A stretch of DNA of 64,000 nucleotides, from positions 1 to 64,000 of the forward strand of contig JANNWY010000304.1 in the NCBI GenBank assembly GCA_031409335.1, given 5' to 3'. Below the pieces are notes generated by a model. The model had not been told where the DNA came from. It made no database searches and was given only the letters and a program-made list of their open reading frames with translations. The translations under genes were made by a program, and so were the position numbers. Origin of the DNA: Chthoniobacteraceae bacterium. GTDB taxonomy: Bacteria; Verrucomicrobiota; Verrucomicrobiia; Chthoniobacterales; Chthoniobacteraceae. Within the stretch, counting starts at the first letter, position 1; the number at the start of each line of letters is the position of its first letter. Below are positions 29,491-39,596 of this stretch, one piece after another.

Positions 29491-30621
29491 CTACGGCGCG
29501 ATCGTTTCCACGTAGGCGAACTTCCCGCCTTTCACCTGCAAGATCACCGCCGACTTCTCCGCGTCGCGCTTGCCGTTGATCGTGATTTTTCCAGTCACCG
29601 CATCGTAGTCCTTCGTCCCGGCGAGGGCGTCCCGGATCTTCGCGCCTTCGGTGCCGCCTGCCTGTTTGATCGCGCTGGCGAGGATCATGGCGCTGTCGTA
29701 GCCCAGCGCGGCCATGGCATCCGGCAGCTTTCCACTGAAACGCGCTTTGTAAGCCGCCACGAATGCCGCGCCCTTTGGCCCGCCAGCATCGGGCGAATAA
29801 TGGGTGCTGAAGTAGGTGCCCTCCACCGCTTCCTTGCCGATCTCGGTCAACTTCTCGCTCTCCCATCCATCGCCGCCAAAGATTGGCACCGTCAGACCGA
29901 CTTCCTTGGCCTGAATACAAATCAGCGCCGCGTCGGTATAGTAGCCCGGCACGAAGACGCCGTCGGGATTCGCGGCCTTGATCGAAGTGAGCTGGCCTTT
30001 GAAATCCTTGTCGCCACCATTGAAATCCAACTCCGCCACGATCTGCCCGCCAGCTCCGGTAAAGGCTTCCTTGAAGAACTTCGCGAGACCCTTCGAGTAG
30101 TCGCTCTTCACATCGGTAAAGATCGCGATCTTCTGTGCCTTCAGCGTCTTTTTTGCGAAATTCGCCATTACCGTGCCTTGGAAAGGGTCAATGAAACACA
30201 CGCGGAAAATGTAGTCGCCGGTTTCCGTCACCTTCGGATTCGTGGAAGACGGCGAGATCATCGGCACGCTGTCTTTCTGGCAAATCGGCGCGGCTTCCAA
30301 CGAGCGACTCGACGCCACTTCGCCGAGGATCGCCACCGCGCCGTCCTTCGCGATCAGTTTGTTCACCGCGTTCGCCGATTCGCCGGGCTTGGATTGGTTG
30401 TCCTCGGTCACTAAAGTGATTTGTTTTCCAAGCACTCCACCAGCGGCATTGAGTTGCTCGATCGCCAGTTGCGTGCCCTCGTGGGAGGAGATACCGAAAG
30501 TGGCCTCCTTGCCGGTCAGCGAGGCAAACTCGCCGACGAGAATGGTATTGGTGTTTTTCTTGTCGCAGGCGGAAAGCAGCACGGCTGTGACGCCGAGGAT
30601 GAGTAGAGGAAATTTCTTCAT
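29491..30621 (-). CDS. Branched-chain amino acid ABC transporter substrate-binding lipoprotein (LivK/LivJ family)
   Basis: Lipobox LSAC; SLTGKEATFG, NAAGGVLGK, YIFRVCFIDPFQG, ALGYD. Confidence 0.92.
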   Translation of the reverse strand: MKKFPLLILGVTAVLLSACDKKNTNTILVGEFASLTGKEATFGISSHEGTQLAIEQLNAAGGVLGKQITLVTEDNQSKPGESANAVNKLIAKDGAVAILGEVASSRSLEAAPICQKDSVPMISPSSTNPKVTETGDYIFRVCFIDPFQGTVMANFAKKTLKAQKIAIFTDVKSDYSKGLAKFFKEAFTGAGGQIVAELDFNGGDKDFKGQLTSIKAANPDGVFVPGYYTDAALICIQAKEVGLTVPIFGGDGWESEKLTEIGKEAVEGTYFSTHYSPDAGGPKGAAFVAAYKARFSGKLPDAMAALGYDSAMILASAIKQAGGTEGAKIRDALAGTKDYDAVTGKITINGKRDAEKSAVILQVKGGKFAYVETIAP

Positions 30622-30630
30622 GGCGCGCGG

Positions 30631-30659
30631 ATGCTAGGGAGAGGAATCCCTCCTTACAA
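30631..30659 (-). promoter_or_regulatory. Putative sigma70 promoter of the liv operon
   Basis: TTGTAA-17 nt-TAGCAT, 9 nt before ATG 30621. Confidence 0.55.
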
Positions 30660-30774
30660 CTGGAATGAATCGTGCATCGTCGCGGCGGCGAGGAGCGATA
30701 GGACGGCTGCAATTGAAGGAATCGCAATGAGTGAAGCGGCAGGCATATCTTCTGCTTTTTTGATAGGTGTCATA

Positions 30775-31311
30775 ATGAACCTCGCGATTGAACCACACTT
30801 GCCCATTGGGATTGGGAATTCTGATGCCCGCCTCGCACCGTTCCGTCTCAAGTTCGCAAAGTCGAGAACGGCGGGATTTACGATCGTCCAAACCGTGATT
30901 GCAATGGGTGTGATCGCGATTTCTGGCGCGGCGGCGATGATGGCACTCGTCCAACTCAACAACAAGGCTGCCGCGATGCGCACCCTAAACAACGCGCGGG
31001 CCGTGGTGCAGCGGAATATCGACACGGCATTGGCAGTCTCGTTCAGCGCTTCGCAGCAACCCACAATTCTAGCGGTCACATCAGCCGCCGGCGTGGTCCA
31101 CGATGACGATGCGGGAGGGGACAATCTGGTGACCCTCTTTACGCCGAAAACAGGGACCGGGGGAACTTTGAAAGGCACTCTCACGCGAATCGTGACAGCA
31201 CAGGCGAATTCGGACAGCGCCGACATTCGCCGGATTACGTTTCGCATCGATTACACCGTCCGTGGCCGTCCCTACAGCTATGCGATGACGACCTTGCGGG
31301 GAAGCGACTAA
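30775..31311 (+). CDS. Type IV prepilin-like protein (PilV-like)
   Basis: Basic leader then AG|FTIVQTVIAMGVIAISG (Q at +5 instead of E); start uncertain (30727 or 30775). Confidence 0.75.
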   Translation: MNLAIEPHLPIGIGNSDARLAPFRLKFAKSRTAGFTIVQTVIAMGVIAISGAAAMMALVQLNNKAAAMRTLNNARAVVQRNIDTALAVSFSASQQPTILAVTSAAGVVHDDDAGGDNLVTLFTPKTGTGGTLKGTLTRIVTAQANSDSADIRRITFRIDYTVRGRPYSYAMTTLRGSD

Positions 31312-31313
31312 CT

Positions 31314-32177
31314 ATGAAACGGCAAGCATTTACTCTTGTAGAAATACTCGTTGGAGCCGCGATCTCCTCGATCATGGCGGCCTCCGTTTTTGCGTTGATG
31401 AATGCGGGGATGATTCTCTCGGCGAAGAACCTTTCCCTCAATCTCACGAGCAACACCATGCGGAGTTCGCTCGACCGCGTCGAGCAGGTCGTCCAGCAGG
31501 CGGACACGATGCCGGAGTTGATCGATACCTCGGGAAACGTCGTCGCGTTCGGCGCGGCCGCGGGTATCAAATTCGACCGATCGGTGGGTTCTCCCTATGT
31601 GGTAAGTCTGACCGGTGGCAGCATCCCTTCCGCTTCGACCACGCTCACGCTGACGAGATCGAATCACGCCGTGGCGACGCCCCCGGCGCCGAGTGTCGGC
31701 GACACGATCCGCATCGCGACCACGGCTCCGACCCTGCGGCCGCGCATTCAGAGTGTCATCGCCGGTACAGTGGACGCGCAATCGCGCCAGCCTTTCACTG
31801 TGAACCTCACGGCTGCGCTCGGCACCACAGTAACTCCGATCACCGCAACCGTGGTCTCGGCGAGGCTTGTCCGGAACGTGGCTTTCCTCGTGATGACGTC
31901 GAATGGCAGGTCCGAACTTCGCTACTACCATACCTTCGACACCACGACGAACCTCAACGATCCCACCAAGTACACCCTTGTGACCGATCAAGTCGGCTCG
32001 GCGGCGGCGGATGCCACGCCATTCACGCTGATCACGTATGACGGAAAATTGTATGTCAGCTTTTCCCTCCGCGTCCGCTCGAGCGGGACGGACCAGGGAA
32101 TCCGCGGCCAGCAGCAAAACGATTTCAACACCTACAACCGGACGGAAGCCCTCATCCGCCCAAAAATACTGCCATAA
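31314..32177 (+). CDS. Type IV prepilin-like protein (PilW-like)
   Basis: MKRQA|FTLVEILVGAAISSI class III signal with E5. Confidence 0.85.
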   Translation: MKRQAFTLVEILVGAAISSIMAASVFALMNAGMILSAKNLSLNLTSNTMRSSLDRVEQVVQQADTMPELIDTSGNVVAFGAAAGIKFDRSVGSPYVVSLTGGSIPSASTTLTLTRSNHAVATPPAPSVGDTIRIATTAPTLRPRIQSVIAGTVDAQSRQPFTVNLTAALGTTVTPITATVVSARLVRNVAFLVMTSNGRSELRYYHTFDTTTNLNDPTKYTLVTDQVGSAAADATPFTLITYDGKLYVSFSLRVRSSGTDQGIRGQQQNDFNTYNRTEALIRPKILP

Positions 32178-32180
32178 GTC

Positions 32181-33971
32181 ATGCACACAAAGAACTGCAA
32201 AGGAAATATCCTGATCGTTTCACTCATCCTGATTGTCGTCGTATCGGGATTGGTGGTCGTCGCGGCGAACGTGACGAATCACACCGCGCTCCTGACGGAT
32301 CGCAGCCGGGATTTTGTCTCGGCGCAGGCCGCCGCGGAGGGCGCGGTTGATCACGCGTTTTCGATCTGGAAACGGCGGATCAACTCACAAAACCGCGCCA
32401 TCAGCACGACGGATGCAAACGCGAATTTGGCCGCGCCGACCTTCACCGGTTTTACCTATGCCAGCGTGGCTAACGATGGCCCGCTGAAAGTAGAAGCCCT
32501 TGATGAGTATGGTGCGCCAGTGGCGACTCCGACGCGAGTGACCGTTGATTTGCCGACTTATCCCGGCTGGCGCGGCAATAGTTTCAGCTACAGTGCCAGG
32601 GCGAAAGTGACGCAAACGGGTGTGACGAATGGTTCGTCGGTGGGAGTTAAGCGTCAGTTTCAATACTCGGAAGTGCCGCTCTTCCAGGCCATGTTCTTCT
32701 TTGAAAACGACTTGGAATTCTATCGTCCCGCGACAATGATCGTGAGCGGGCTGGTGCATTCCAATGCGATGGCCTACCTCAGCCAGGGAGCCAACGCGAC
32801 GCTTACTTTCCAGGACGAGGTTTCCTATGTCACCGGATACTCGACGACGACAGCGCCGCCGTTCGCGAATTTGTGGAGCGGTTACGTCGCGGATGACGCG
32901 GCCACGCCGGTGTTTGAGAATGGCATCGCGAATCAGCTCCATCAGGTGCCACGGTTTGAACCCCTCGGAAGCGAACCCACCTCGGTCATCAACACCGTTG
33001 ACGCAAATCCGAACAACGATGGGTTTCGGGAAATCATCGAACCGCCGAACGGCAGCTTCAGCGATCCCGCGGAGATCTCAAAGCGCCGCCTTTACAACAA
33101 GGCTGGCATCCGCATCAACATCAACGGCGCAAGCGTCACCGTGACCGCTCAAAACGGTGCCAGCCTGCTGCCCGCGCAGACTACGGGAATCGCCGGCGCG
33201 GTGAATGCGCGCACGACGATTTACGACGCGCGCGAAGGACGGAATGTCGATGTCGCCACACTGGATGTCTCGGTTCTTCGCACAGCCATGGGCACAGGTA
33301 TCGCGGGGTTTAATAATGTCATCTATATCAATGACACGACGCCGCTCGTCGCGGGGGATATGGAGCCAAAGTCCATTCGCCTGAAGAATGGCGGGGTGCT
33401 CCCCACCAATGGCCTGACCATTGCCAGCGAGAACGCGGTTTACATTCAGGGGGATTACAACACCGGAACTACCACCGATCCCAATGCCGTACCCACCAAC
33501 AGCGGTGGCAATGCCGGCAATACGGACAAACCGTCCGTGACCGGTTACGACCGCAAGCCTGCGGCCGTCATCGGGGATGCCGTCATGCTACTTTCCAATA
33601 GCTGGAACGATGCAAATTCAGCGAGTTCGGTGAGTACCCGCGCCGCCAGTAACACGACCTACAACACCGCGATCGTGTCGGGATTTATGCCTTCGGGCTA
33701 TCAACCGCCGAGTGGCAGCCAGTATGGCTACTCCGGCGGTGGGAATAACTTCCCGCGCTTTCTTGAGAACTGGAGCAATCAATACTGCAATTACTTTGGC
33801 TCAATGGTGCAGCTTTATCAGAGCAAGACTTTCACGGGCCGTTGGGACACTGGAGTGGTCTATCGCCCGCCGATCCGGTGCTGGAACTTCGACACGAACT
33901 ACCGCAGCTCGCCGCCTCCAGGAACCCTCGACGCCGCTTCATGGACGCGGGGGACCTGGGCAAAATACTAA
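32181..33971 (+). CDS. PilX/GspK-like minor pilin with a large C-terminal domain
   Basis: KG|NILIVSLILIVVVSGLVV without E5, AQAAAEGA, later VHSN, VYIQGDYN, NFPRFLENWS. Confidence 0.72.
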   Translation: MHTKNCKGNILIVSLILIVVVSGLVVVAANVTNHTALLTDRSRDFVSAQAAAEGAVDHAFSIWKRRINSQNRAISTTDANANLAAPTFTGFTYASVANDGPLKVEALDEYGAPVATPTRVTVDLPTYPGWRGNSFSYSARAKVTQTGVTNGSSVGVKRQFQYSEVPLFQAMFFFENDLEFYRPATMIVSGLVHSNAMAYLSQGANATLTFQDEVSYVTGYSTTTAPPFANLWSGYVADDAATPVFENGIANQLHQVPRFEPLGSEPTSVINTVDANPNNDGFREIIEPPNGSFSDPAEISKRRLYNKAGIRININGASVTVTAQNGASLLPAQTTGIAGAVNARTTIYDAREGRNVDVATLDVSVLRTAMGTGIAGFNNVIYINDTTPLVAGDMEPKSIRLKNGGVLPTNGLTIASENAVYIQGDYNTGTTTDPNAVPTNSGGNAGNTDKPSVTGYDRKPAAVIGDAVMLLSNSWNDANSASSVSTRAASNTTYNTAIVSGFMPSGYQPPSGSQYGYSGGGNNFPRFLENWSNQYCNYFGSMVQLYQSKTFTGRWDTGVVYRPPIRCWNFDTNYRSSPPPGTLDAASWTRGTWAKY

Positions 33972-33984
33972 CCGCATTTTCACA

Positions 33985-34584
33985 ATGAAACGCCTCAACC
34001 TGCTCATCGCTGCCATTGCGCTTCCGCTTTTCCAAGCTGGCGCGCTGGACCTCACGCCACGCTGGATCGACACCTCGATCGACGGTGTGGCGAAACGACA
34101 ACTCTACTTTGCGGACGGCGCCAAAAAGCTGATGTTGAGCATCGACCAGGAGACGGAGGTCGATTCGAAATTCGGCGGCGCGAGTTTCCGATTTCCAAAA
34201 CTGCCCGACATCGACTTCATCGTCATGCCGTCGCGGTTCAAGCCAGCGGACGCTTTTGACGAAACGAAACTCGTGCAGTATCGCGAGGCCGCGCGGTCGC
34301 TCCTGCCCGCGCGCGGTCGAAAAGCCGAAACCGCCGGGGAGATTGCGAACCCGATTCCGATCAATGGCTGGAAGAGCTTTCGCATCAAACTCCGCTTCGC
34401 GATGGACGCCCGCGCTTACATTCAGGAGGTCACGTTCGTGAACGTCAGCGAACAGGATCAAATCGTAACCGTCACCTCGGCGCCGGAGCGGGACTGGAAT
34501 GAGGCGGACGCGCGTTCGTGGCAAATCCTGCGTTCGTGGCAGGAAATGCTGGCCGGTGACGAAGGTCCGCCAAAGGGGAACTGA
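33985..34584 (+). CDS. Hypothetical secreted protein
   Basis: Signal peptide MKRLNLLIAAIALPLFQAGA; co-oriented with the pilin cluster. Confidence 0.72.
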   Translation: MKRLNLLIAAIALPLFQAGALDLTPRWIDTSIDGVAKRQLYFADGAKKLMLSIDQETEVDSKFGGASFRFPKLPDIDFIVMPSRFKPADAFDETKLVQYREAARSLLPARGRKAETAGEIANPIPINGWKSFRIKLRFAMDARAYIQEVTFVNVSEQDQIVTVTSAPERDWNEADARSWQILRSWQEMLAGDEGPPKGN

Positions 34585-34670
34585 GCGCAGGCGGGCGGTT
34601 TGCCTGCGGATTTGCATTTCGGGCTTTGCAGACGGGGCGCGGGGCATTTAGGTGTCTGCAATACGTTCAC

Positions 34671-35054
34671 ATGCCTGAGTTCTCTGTCGCAGTCATTGGC
34701 GCGTCGCTCGATCGACGCAAATATGGAAACAAAGCGGTGCGGGCTTACGTGGAAAACGACTTCAAAGTCTTTCCCGTGAACCCCAACGAGGCAACCATCG
34801 AAGGCCTGAAGGCGTATCCAAATCTGGATGCAATTCCTGAGCCCATCGACTTCGTGAGTCTCTACGTGCCGCCTGCCACCGGTCTGAAACTTTTGCCCGC
34901 CATCGCGGCAAAAAAGCCGAAGGAGATCTGGCTGAATCCCGGCTCCGAGAGCGATGAATTGATCGAAGCCGCCGCCGACCTCCATCTTCGCGCGATCGTC
35001 TCGTGCTCCATTGTCGCGCTCGGTCTCGATCCTCACGATTTTCCCGACGCCTGA
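34671..35054 (+). CDS. CoA-binding protein (YccU-like)
   Basis: VAVIGASLDRRKYG, VFPVNP, IWLNPG. Confidence 0.88.
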   Translation: MPEFSVAVIGASLDRRKYGNKAVRAYVENDFKVFPVNPNEATIEGLKAYPNLDAIPEPIDFVSLYVPPATGLKLLPAIAAKKPKEIWLNPGSESDELIEAAADLHLRAIVSCSIVALGLDPHDFPDA

Positions 35055-35071
35055 ATCAGAAACCAACTCTA

Positions 35072-35821
35072 TTGAATCCGCTCGCCTCGTTCGTCTCTTC
35101 ATCCATCGGTCGAAAATGGATCGTCGCCCTCACTGGTTTGGCCATGCTTGGCTTCCTAATGGGTCATCTCGTGGGAAATCTTCAGGTCTTCCTGCCGCCG
35201 GAGCACATCAATAAATACGCGGCGTTCCTGCACAGCATCGGCGAAGTCATCTGGGTGGTGCGCCTGGCGCTCATCGTCGCAGTCGTGCTCCATGTCATTT
35301 TCACCATCAAACTCGCGATCGAAAATCGCGCCGCGCGTCCGCAGAAATACGAGAAGCGCAATCGCGTGCAGGCCCGCATCTCGACGCGCACCATGGTGTG
35401 GAGCGGCAGCTACATCCTCTGTTTTATCGTCGTGCATCTGCTGCATTTCACCGCGCAGACGATCTACCCGCAGTATCGCCAGTGGACGGATGAAGCGGGC
35501 CGCGCGGACGTATATCGCATGATGATCGTGGGCTTCAGCGATCCGCTGATGTCAGGATTTTACATTCTCGGAATGATCCTGCTGTGCGCGCATCTCAGCC
35601 ACGGCATCGGCAGCATCCCGCAGACGATGGGCCTGCGCACGAAACGCGCCGCGGCATTCCTCACCAATGGCGGGCGCGTCCTGTCACTCGCGCTCGCGCT
35701 GGGCTTCATCAGTATTCCGTCGGCGGTTTTGTTCGGCGGCCTTGGTAAAAAATATGTCGAAGAACGAAGTGCAGCGGAAAAACCGGCAGTCGCTGCCGTC
35801 ACTCAGGAGGCCGCGAAATGA
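35072..35821 (+). CDS. sdhC: Succinate dehydrogenase cytochrome b subunit
   Basis: [19 protein letters not shown], four His in transmembrane helices, HLSHG; TTG start inferred. Confidence 0.92.
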   Translation: MNPLASFVSSSIGRKWIVALTGLAMLGFLMGHLVGNLQVFLPPEHINKYAAFLHSIGEVIWVVRLALIVAVVLHVIFTIKLAIENRAARPQKYEKRNRVQARISTRTMVWSGSYILCFIVVHLLHFTAQTIYPQYRQWTDEAGRADVYRMMIVGFSDPLMSGFYILGMILLCAHLSHGIGSIPQTMGLRTKRAAAFLTNGGRVLSLALALGFISIPSAVLFGGLGKKYVEERSAAEKPAVAAVTQEAAK

Positions 35822-37737
35822 GCATCGTCCTTGATTCCAAAATCCCGTCCGGCCCGCTCGACAAAAAGTGGGAGACGCACAAATTCGCGTCGAAGCTCAT
35901 CAACCCGGCCAACAAGCGGAAATACGAAATCATCGTCGTCGGCAGCGGCCTTGCCGGGGCCAGCGCGGCGGCGACGCTGAGCGAGCTTGGCTACCGGGTG
36001 AAGTGCTTTTGCTACCAGGACTCGCCGCGCCGCGCCCACTCGATCGCTGCGCAGGGCGGCATCAATGCGGCGAAAAACTACCAGAATGACGGCGACTCCG
36101 TGCATCGGCTTTTCTACGACACGCTCAAGGGTGGCGACTTCCGCTCGCGCGAAGCGAACGTGCATCGCCTCGCGGAAGTCAGCGTCAACATCATCGACCA
36201 ATGCGTCGCGCAAGGCGTCCCGTTCGCCCGCGAGTACGGTGGCCTGCTTGCGAATCGCTCTTTCGGCGGCGCGCAAGTCTCGCGCACCTTTTACGCGCGC
36301 GGCCAGACCGGCCAGCAGCTCCTCCTCGGCGCATACTCCTCGCTGAACAAAGAGATCGCATCCGGCGGCGTGCAGATGTTCCCGCGCACGGAAATGCTCG
36401 ATGTCGTCGTCGTGGACGGACACGCAAAAGGCATCGTCGTCCGCGACATGGTGACGGGCCAAATCAGCTCGCACGCGGGCGACGCGGTGGTGCTTGCGAC
36501 GGGCGGTTACGGGAATGTCTTTTACCTATCGACCAACGCGAAAGGGTGCAACGTCACCGCCGCCTACCGCGCCTACAAACGCGGTGCCGCCTTCGCCAAT
36601 CCCTGCTACACGCAAATCCATCCGACGTGCATCCCCGTCAGCGGCGACTACCAGTCGAAGCTCACGCTCATGTCCGAATCGCTCCGCAACGACGGACGCG
36701 TCTGGGTTCCCAATAAGAAAGGCGACAACCGCACGCCGGACCAAATCCCCGAGGCCGAGCGCGACTACTTTCTGGAACGCAAATATCCGAGCTTTGGCAA
36801 CCTCGCGCCGCGCGACATCTCATCGCGTTCCGCCAAGGAAGCGTGCGACGACGGACGCGGCGTCGGCCCTGGCGGACTCGGCGTGTATCTCGACTTCGCG
36901 GAGGCGATCAATCGTCTCGGCGAACCCATCGTCCGCGAGCGCTACGGCAATCTTTTCGACATCTACCACCAGATCACGAGCGAGAATGCCTACAAGACGC
37001 CGATGCGCATTTACCCCGCCGTGCATTACACGATGGGTGGCCTGTGGGTGGACTACAACTTGATGTCGAACATGCCCGGCCTATTTGTGTTAGGGGAAGC
37101 TAACTTCTCCGACCACGGCGCGAACCGGCTCGGCGCGAGCGCGCTCATGCAAGGCCTCGCCGATGGTTACTTCGTGCTGCCCGCGACGATCGGAAATTAC
37201 CTCGTGAACGAGCTGGGCAAGCGCCCCGCCGCCGACCGTCCTGAGTTCCAGCAAACCGAGACCGCCGTCCGCGAGCGCACCCAGCGTTTCCTCGGGATCA
37301 AAGGCAAACGCAGCGTCGATCATTTCCACCGCGAACTCGGCCGCATCATCTGGGACTACTGCGGCATGGCGCGCAGCGAAAAAAGCCTCCAGCGCGCGCT
37401 CGCGCAGATTCCGCCGCTCCGCGAGGAGTTCTGGAAAAACGTCAACGTCCCCGGCGAAAATGAATCGCTGAACACCGCCCTCGAAAAAGCCGGGCGCGTC
37501 GCCGACTTCCTCGAGTTTGGCGAACTCCTTTGCCTCGACGCCTACGAACGCCGTGAAAGCTGCGGCGGCCATTTCCGCGAGGAATTTCAATATCCCGACG
37601 GCGAAGCCAAGCGAGACGACGCACAATTCCAACATGTCGCCGCCTGGGAATTCACCGGCGAAGGAAGCAAGCCCGCCCGCCACATCGAGCCGCTGGTCTT
37701 TGAAGACGTGAAGCCCAGCGTCCGCAGCTACAAGTAG
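35818..37737 (+). CDS. sdhA: Succinate dehydrogenase/fumarate reductase flavoprotein
   Basis: [47 protein letters not shown]. Confidence 0.96.
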   Translation: MSIVLDSKIPSGPLDKKWETHKFASKLINPANKRKYEIIVVGSGLAGASAAATLSELGYRVKCFCYQDSPRRAHSIAAQGGINAAKNYQNDGDSVHRLFYDTLKGGDFRSREANVHRLAEVSVNIIDQCVAQGVPFAREYGGLLANRSFGGAQVSRTFYARGQTGQQLLLGAYSSLNKEIASGGVQMFPRTEMLDVVVVDGHAKGIVVRDMVTGQISSHAGDAVVLATGGYGNVFYLSTNAKGCNVTAAYRAYKRGAAFANPCYTQIHPTCIPVSGDYQSKLTLMSESLRNDGRVWVPNKKGDNRTPDQIPEAERDYFLERKYPSFGNLAPRDISSRSAKEACDDGRGVGPGGLGVYLDFAEAINRLGEPIVRERYGNLFDIYHQITSENAYKTPMRIYPAVHYTMGGLWVDYNLMSNMPGLFVLGEANFSDHGANRLGASALMQGLADGYFVLPATIGNYLVNELGKRPAADRPEFQQTETAVRERTQRFLGIKGKRSVDHFHRELGRIIWDYCGMARSEKSLQRALAQIPPLREEFWKNVNVPGENESLNTALEKAGRVADFLEFGELLCLDAYERRESCGGHFREEFQYPDGEAKRDDAQFQHVAAWEFTGEGSKPARHIEPLVFEDVKPSVRSYK

Positions 37738-37771
37738 GAACACGGGGCTGTCGTGCCCGTGATGATGCGGC

Positions 37772-38335
<564 letters not shown>

Positions 38336-38383
38336 GAGTATCATGTATGAACGAGATGCGCGGATTTTGCAAAAATTCCCGCT

Positions 38384-38695
38384 TCAATTCACGCGCTTCA
38401 TGCGATCGAGGCTGCCGCGTTCCTCCTCCTCGCGCCGGAGTCGCGCGCGTCCGGTGCGCCATAGCCGGGTGACCGACATCGCGAAGACGAAAATCGGGAG
38501 CATCAGCAGGATGCGCTGTTTGTTCGGGAGAAAAATCAGCGCGATGAGAAAGGCGAATCCCGCGATCCAGGCAAAGATCGCTACGCGCATGGAGAAAAAC
38601 CGCTCTGCTTCGCTCTTGCTCCGGCGCACGCCGCGATGGGTGGAGAAGACGCAGACGATGAGGACGAGGGCAATGAGCCAGGTGGCAAATTTCAT
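38384..38695 (-). CDS. Hypothetical membrane protein
   Basis: 103 aa with three hydrophobic segments; overlaps the upstream gene. Confidence 0.6.
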   Translation of the reverse strand: MKFATWLIALVLIVCVFSTHRGVRRSKSEAERFFSMRVAIFAWIAGFAFLIALIFLPNKQRILLMLPIFVFAMSVTRLWRTGRARLRREEEERGSLDRMKRVN

Positions 38696-39207
38696 TCGAT
38701 GGGTTCGCGCTGCCGCGCGAACCAGACGAGCGCGGCGATGACGGCGATCTCATAAGTGCCAATGAAGACACCGCTGGCTGCGAAGGCTCCGCGGCTCATG
38801 CCGTTGTCCAGCACGCACGATAGGTACCAGCTATCCAAAGGTTGGGCGACGAGGATGATCGAAAATCCCCGCCACCAATCCTCGGCAACCCAGATTTTTA
38901 ACCACGCGTAGAGCAGGACCAACGGATAAAGAAAAGTTTCGATGTGGGTGAGGCTAAGCATGACCGTGCCGACCCACGTAAAAGGCACCATGGCGAGATC
39001 CACGCCGGAACTCCAAAAGCTGAAACTCGAAAGGCCGGCAATCCCGCCAGCCCACAGGTTTGTCAGGAGACCAGGTGCCTCGTAACAATTGACGCCGACG
39101 AAATGTCCAAAAATGGGGACCGAAAAGAGCAGCACCGTCTTTTTGAACGTGTCGGCGATCCCGCCGAAAATCGCGCCCGTGTAGTCGTTGTAAAATCCAT
39201 CGCTCAT
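38692..39207 (-). CDS. Hypothetical membrane protein
   Basis: 171 aa, hydrophobic, ATGA overlaps with both neighbours. Confidence 0.65.
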   Translation of the reverse strand: MSDGFYNDYTGAIFGGIADTFKKTVLLFSVPIFGHFVGVNCYEAPGLLTNLWAGGIAGLSSFSFWSSGVDLAMVPFTWVGTVMLSLTHIETFLYPLVLLYAWLKIWVAEDWWRGFSIILVAQPLDSWYLSCVLDNGMSRGAFAASGVFIGTYEIAVIAALVWFARQREPIE

Positions 39208-39428
39208 CGTGCCTCGCTTTCCGCATCCTGCTCCGCGAGCAAGGCGCGCGTGGCGGCCACGTCTTCATCGGCGACTTGCACGCGCACTCCGCCGATTGCG
39301 TTGGCGAGCAGCCAGTCGATTTGCACCAAATTTTCATCCTGGATAAATGCCGGGATGCCACCCGCTTCGATGCGCATCCGCAGCAGGTGGGCGTCTTCGG
39401 GTTTGTTGAAAGTGGCGATGGTGGTCAT
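39204..39428 (-). CDS. DUF2007-like putative signal-transducing protein
   Basis: MTTIATFNKPEDAHLLRMRIEAGGIPAFIQDEN...GGVRVQV...D...A. Confidence 0.8.
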   Translation of the reverse strand: MTTIATFNKPEDAHLLRMRIEAGGIPAFIQDENLVQIDWLLANAIGGVRVQVADEDVAATRALLAEQDAESEAR

Positions 39429-39596
39429 CGGACGGAACTGCCACACCAGAACAGTCTCCGGGCGCGGGCGCAAGTTTCCCGATGTGCGCGATCAAAAAGC
39501 TCGTCAGCAAGCCGGGAAAAGCGCAGTAAAGAACGAGGCAAGAACCAGCGGTCGCCCCCAAAATACAACCGGCAAAACTTTACCCGCCAAATTCCC

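Noticed and set aside
39276..39596. N-terminal extensions given by the ORF track (also 6461-6535, 17684-18754, 19132-19704, 51417-51728, 55160-55660, 55553-55906)
   Set aside because: They overlap other genes or repeats; signal peptides and family N-termini begin at the downstream starts used here.
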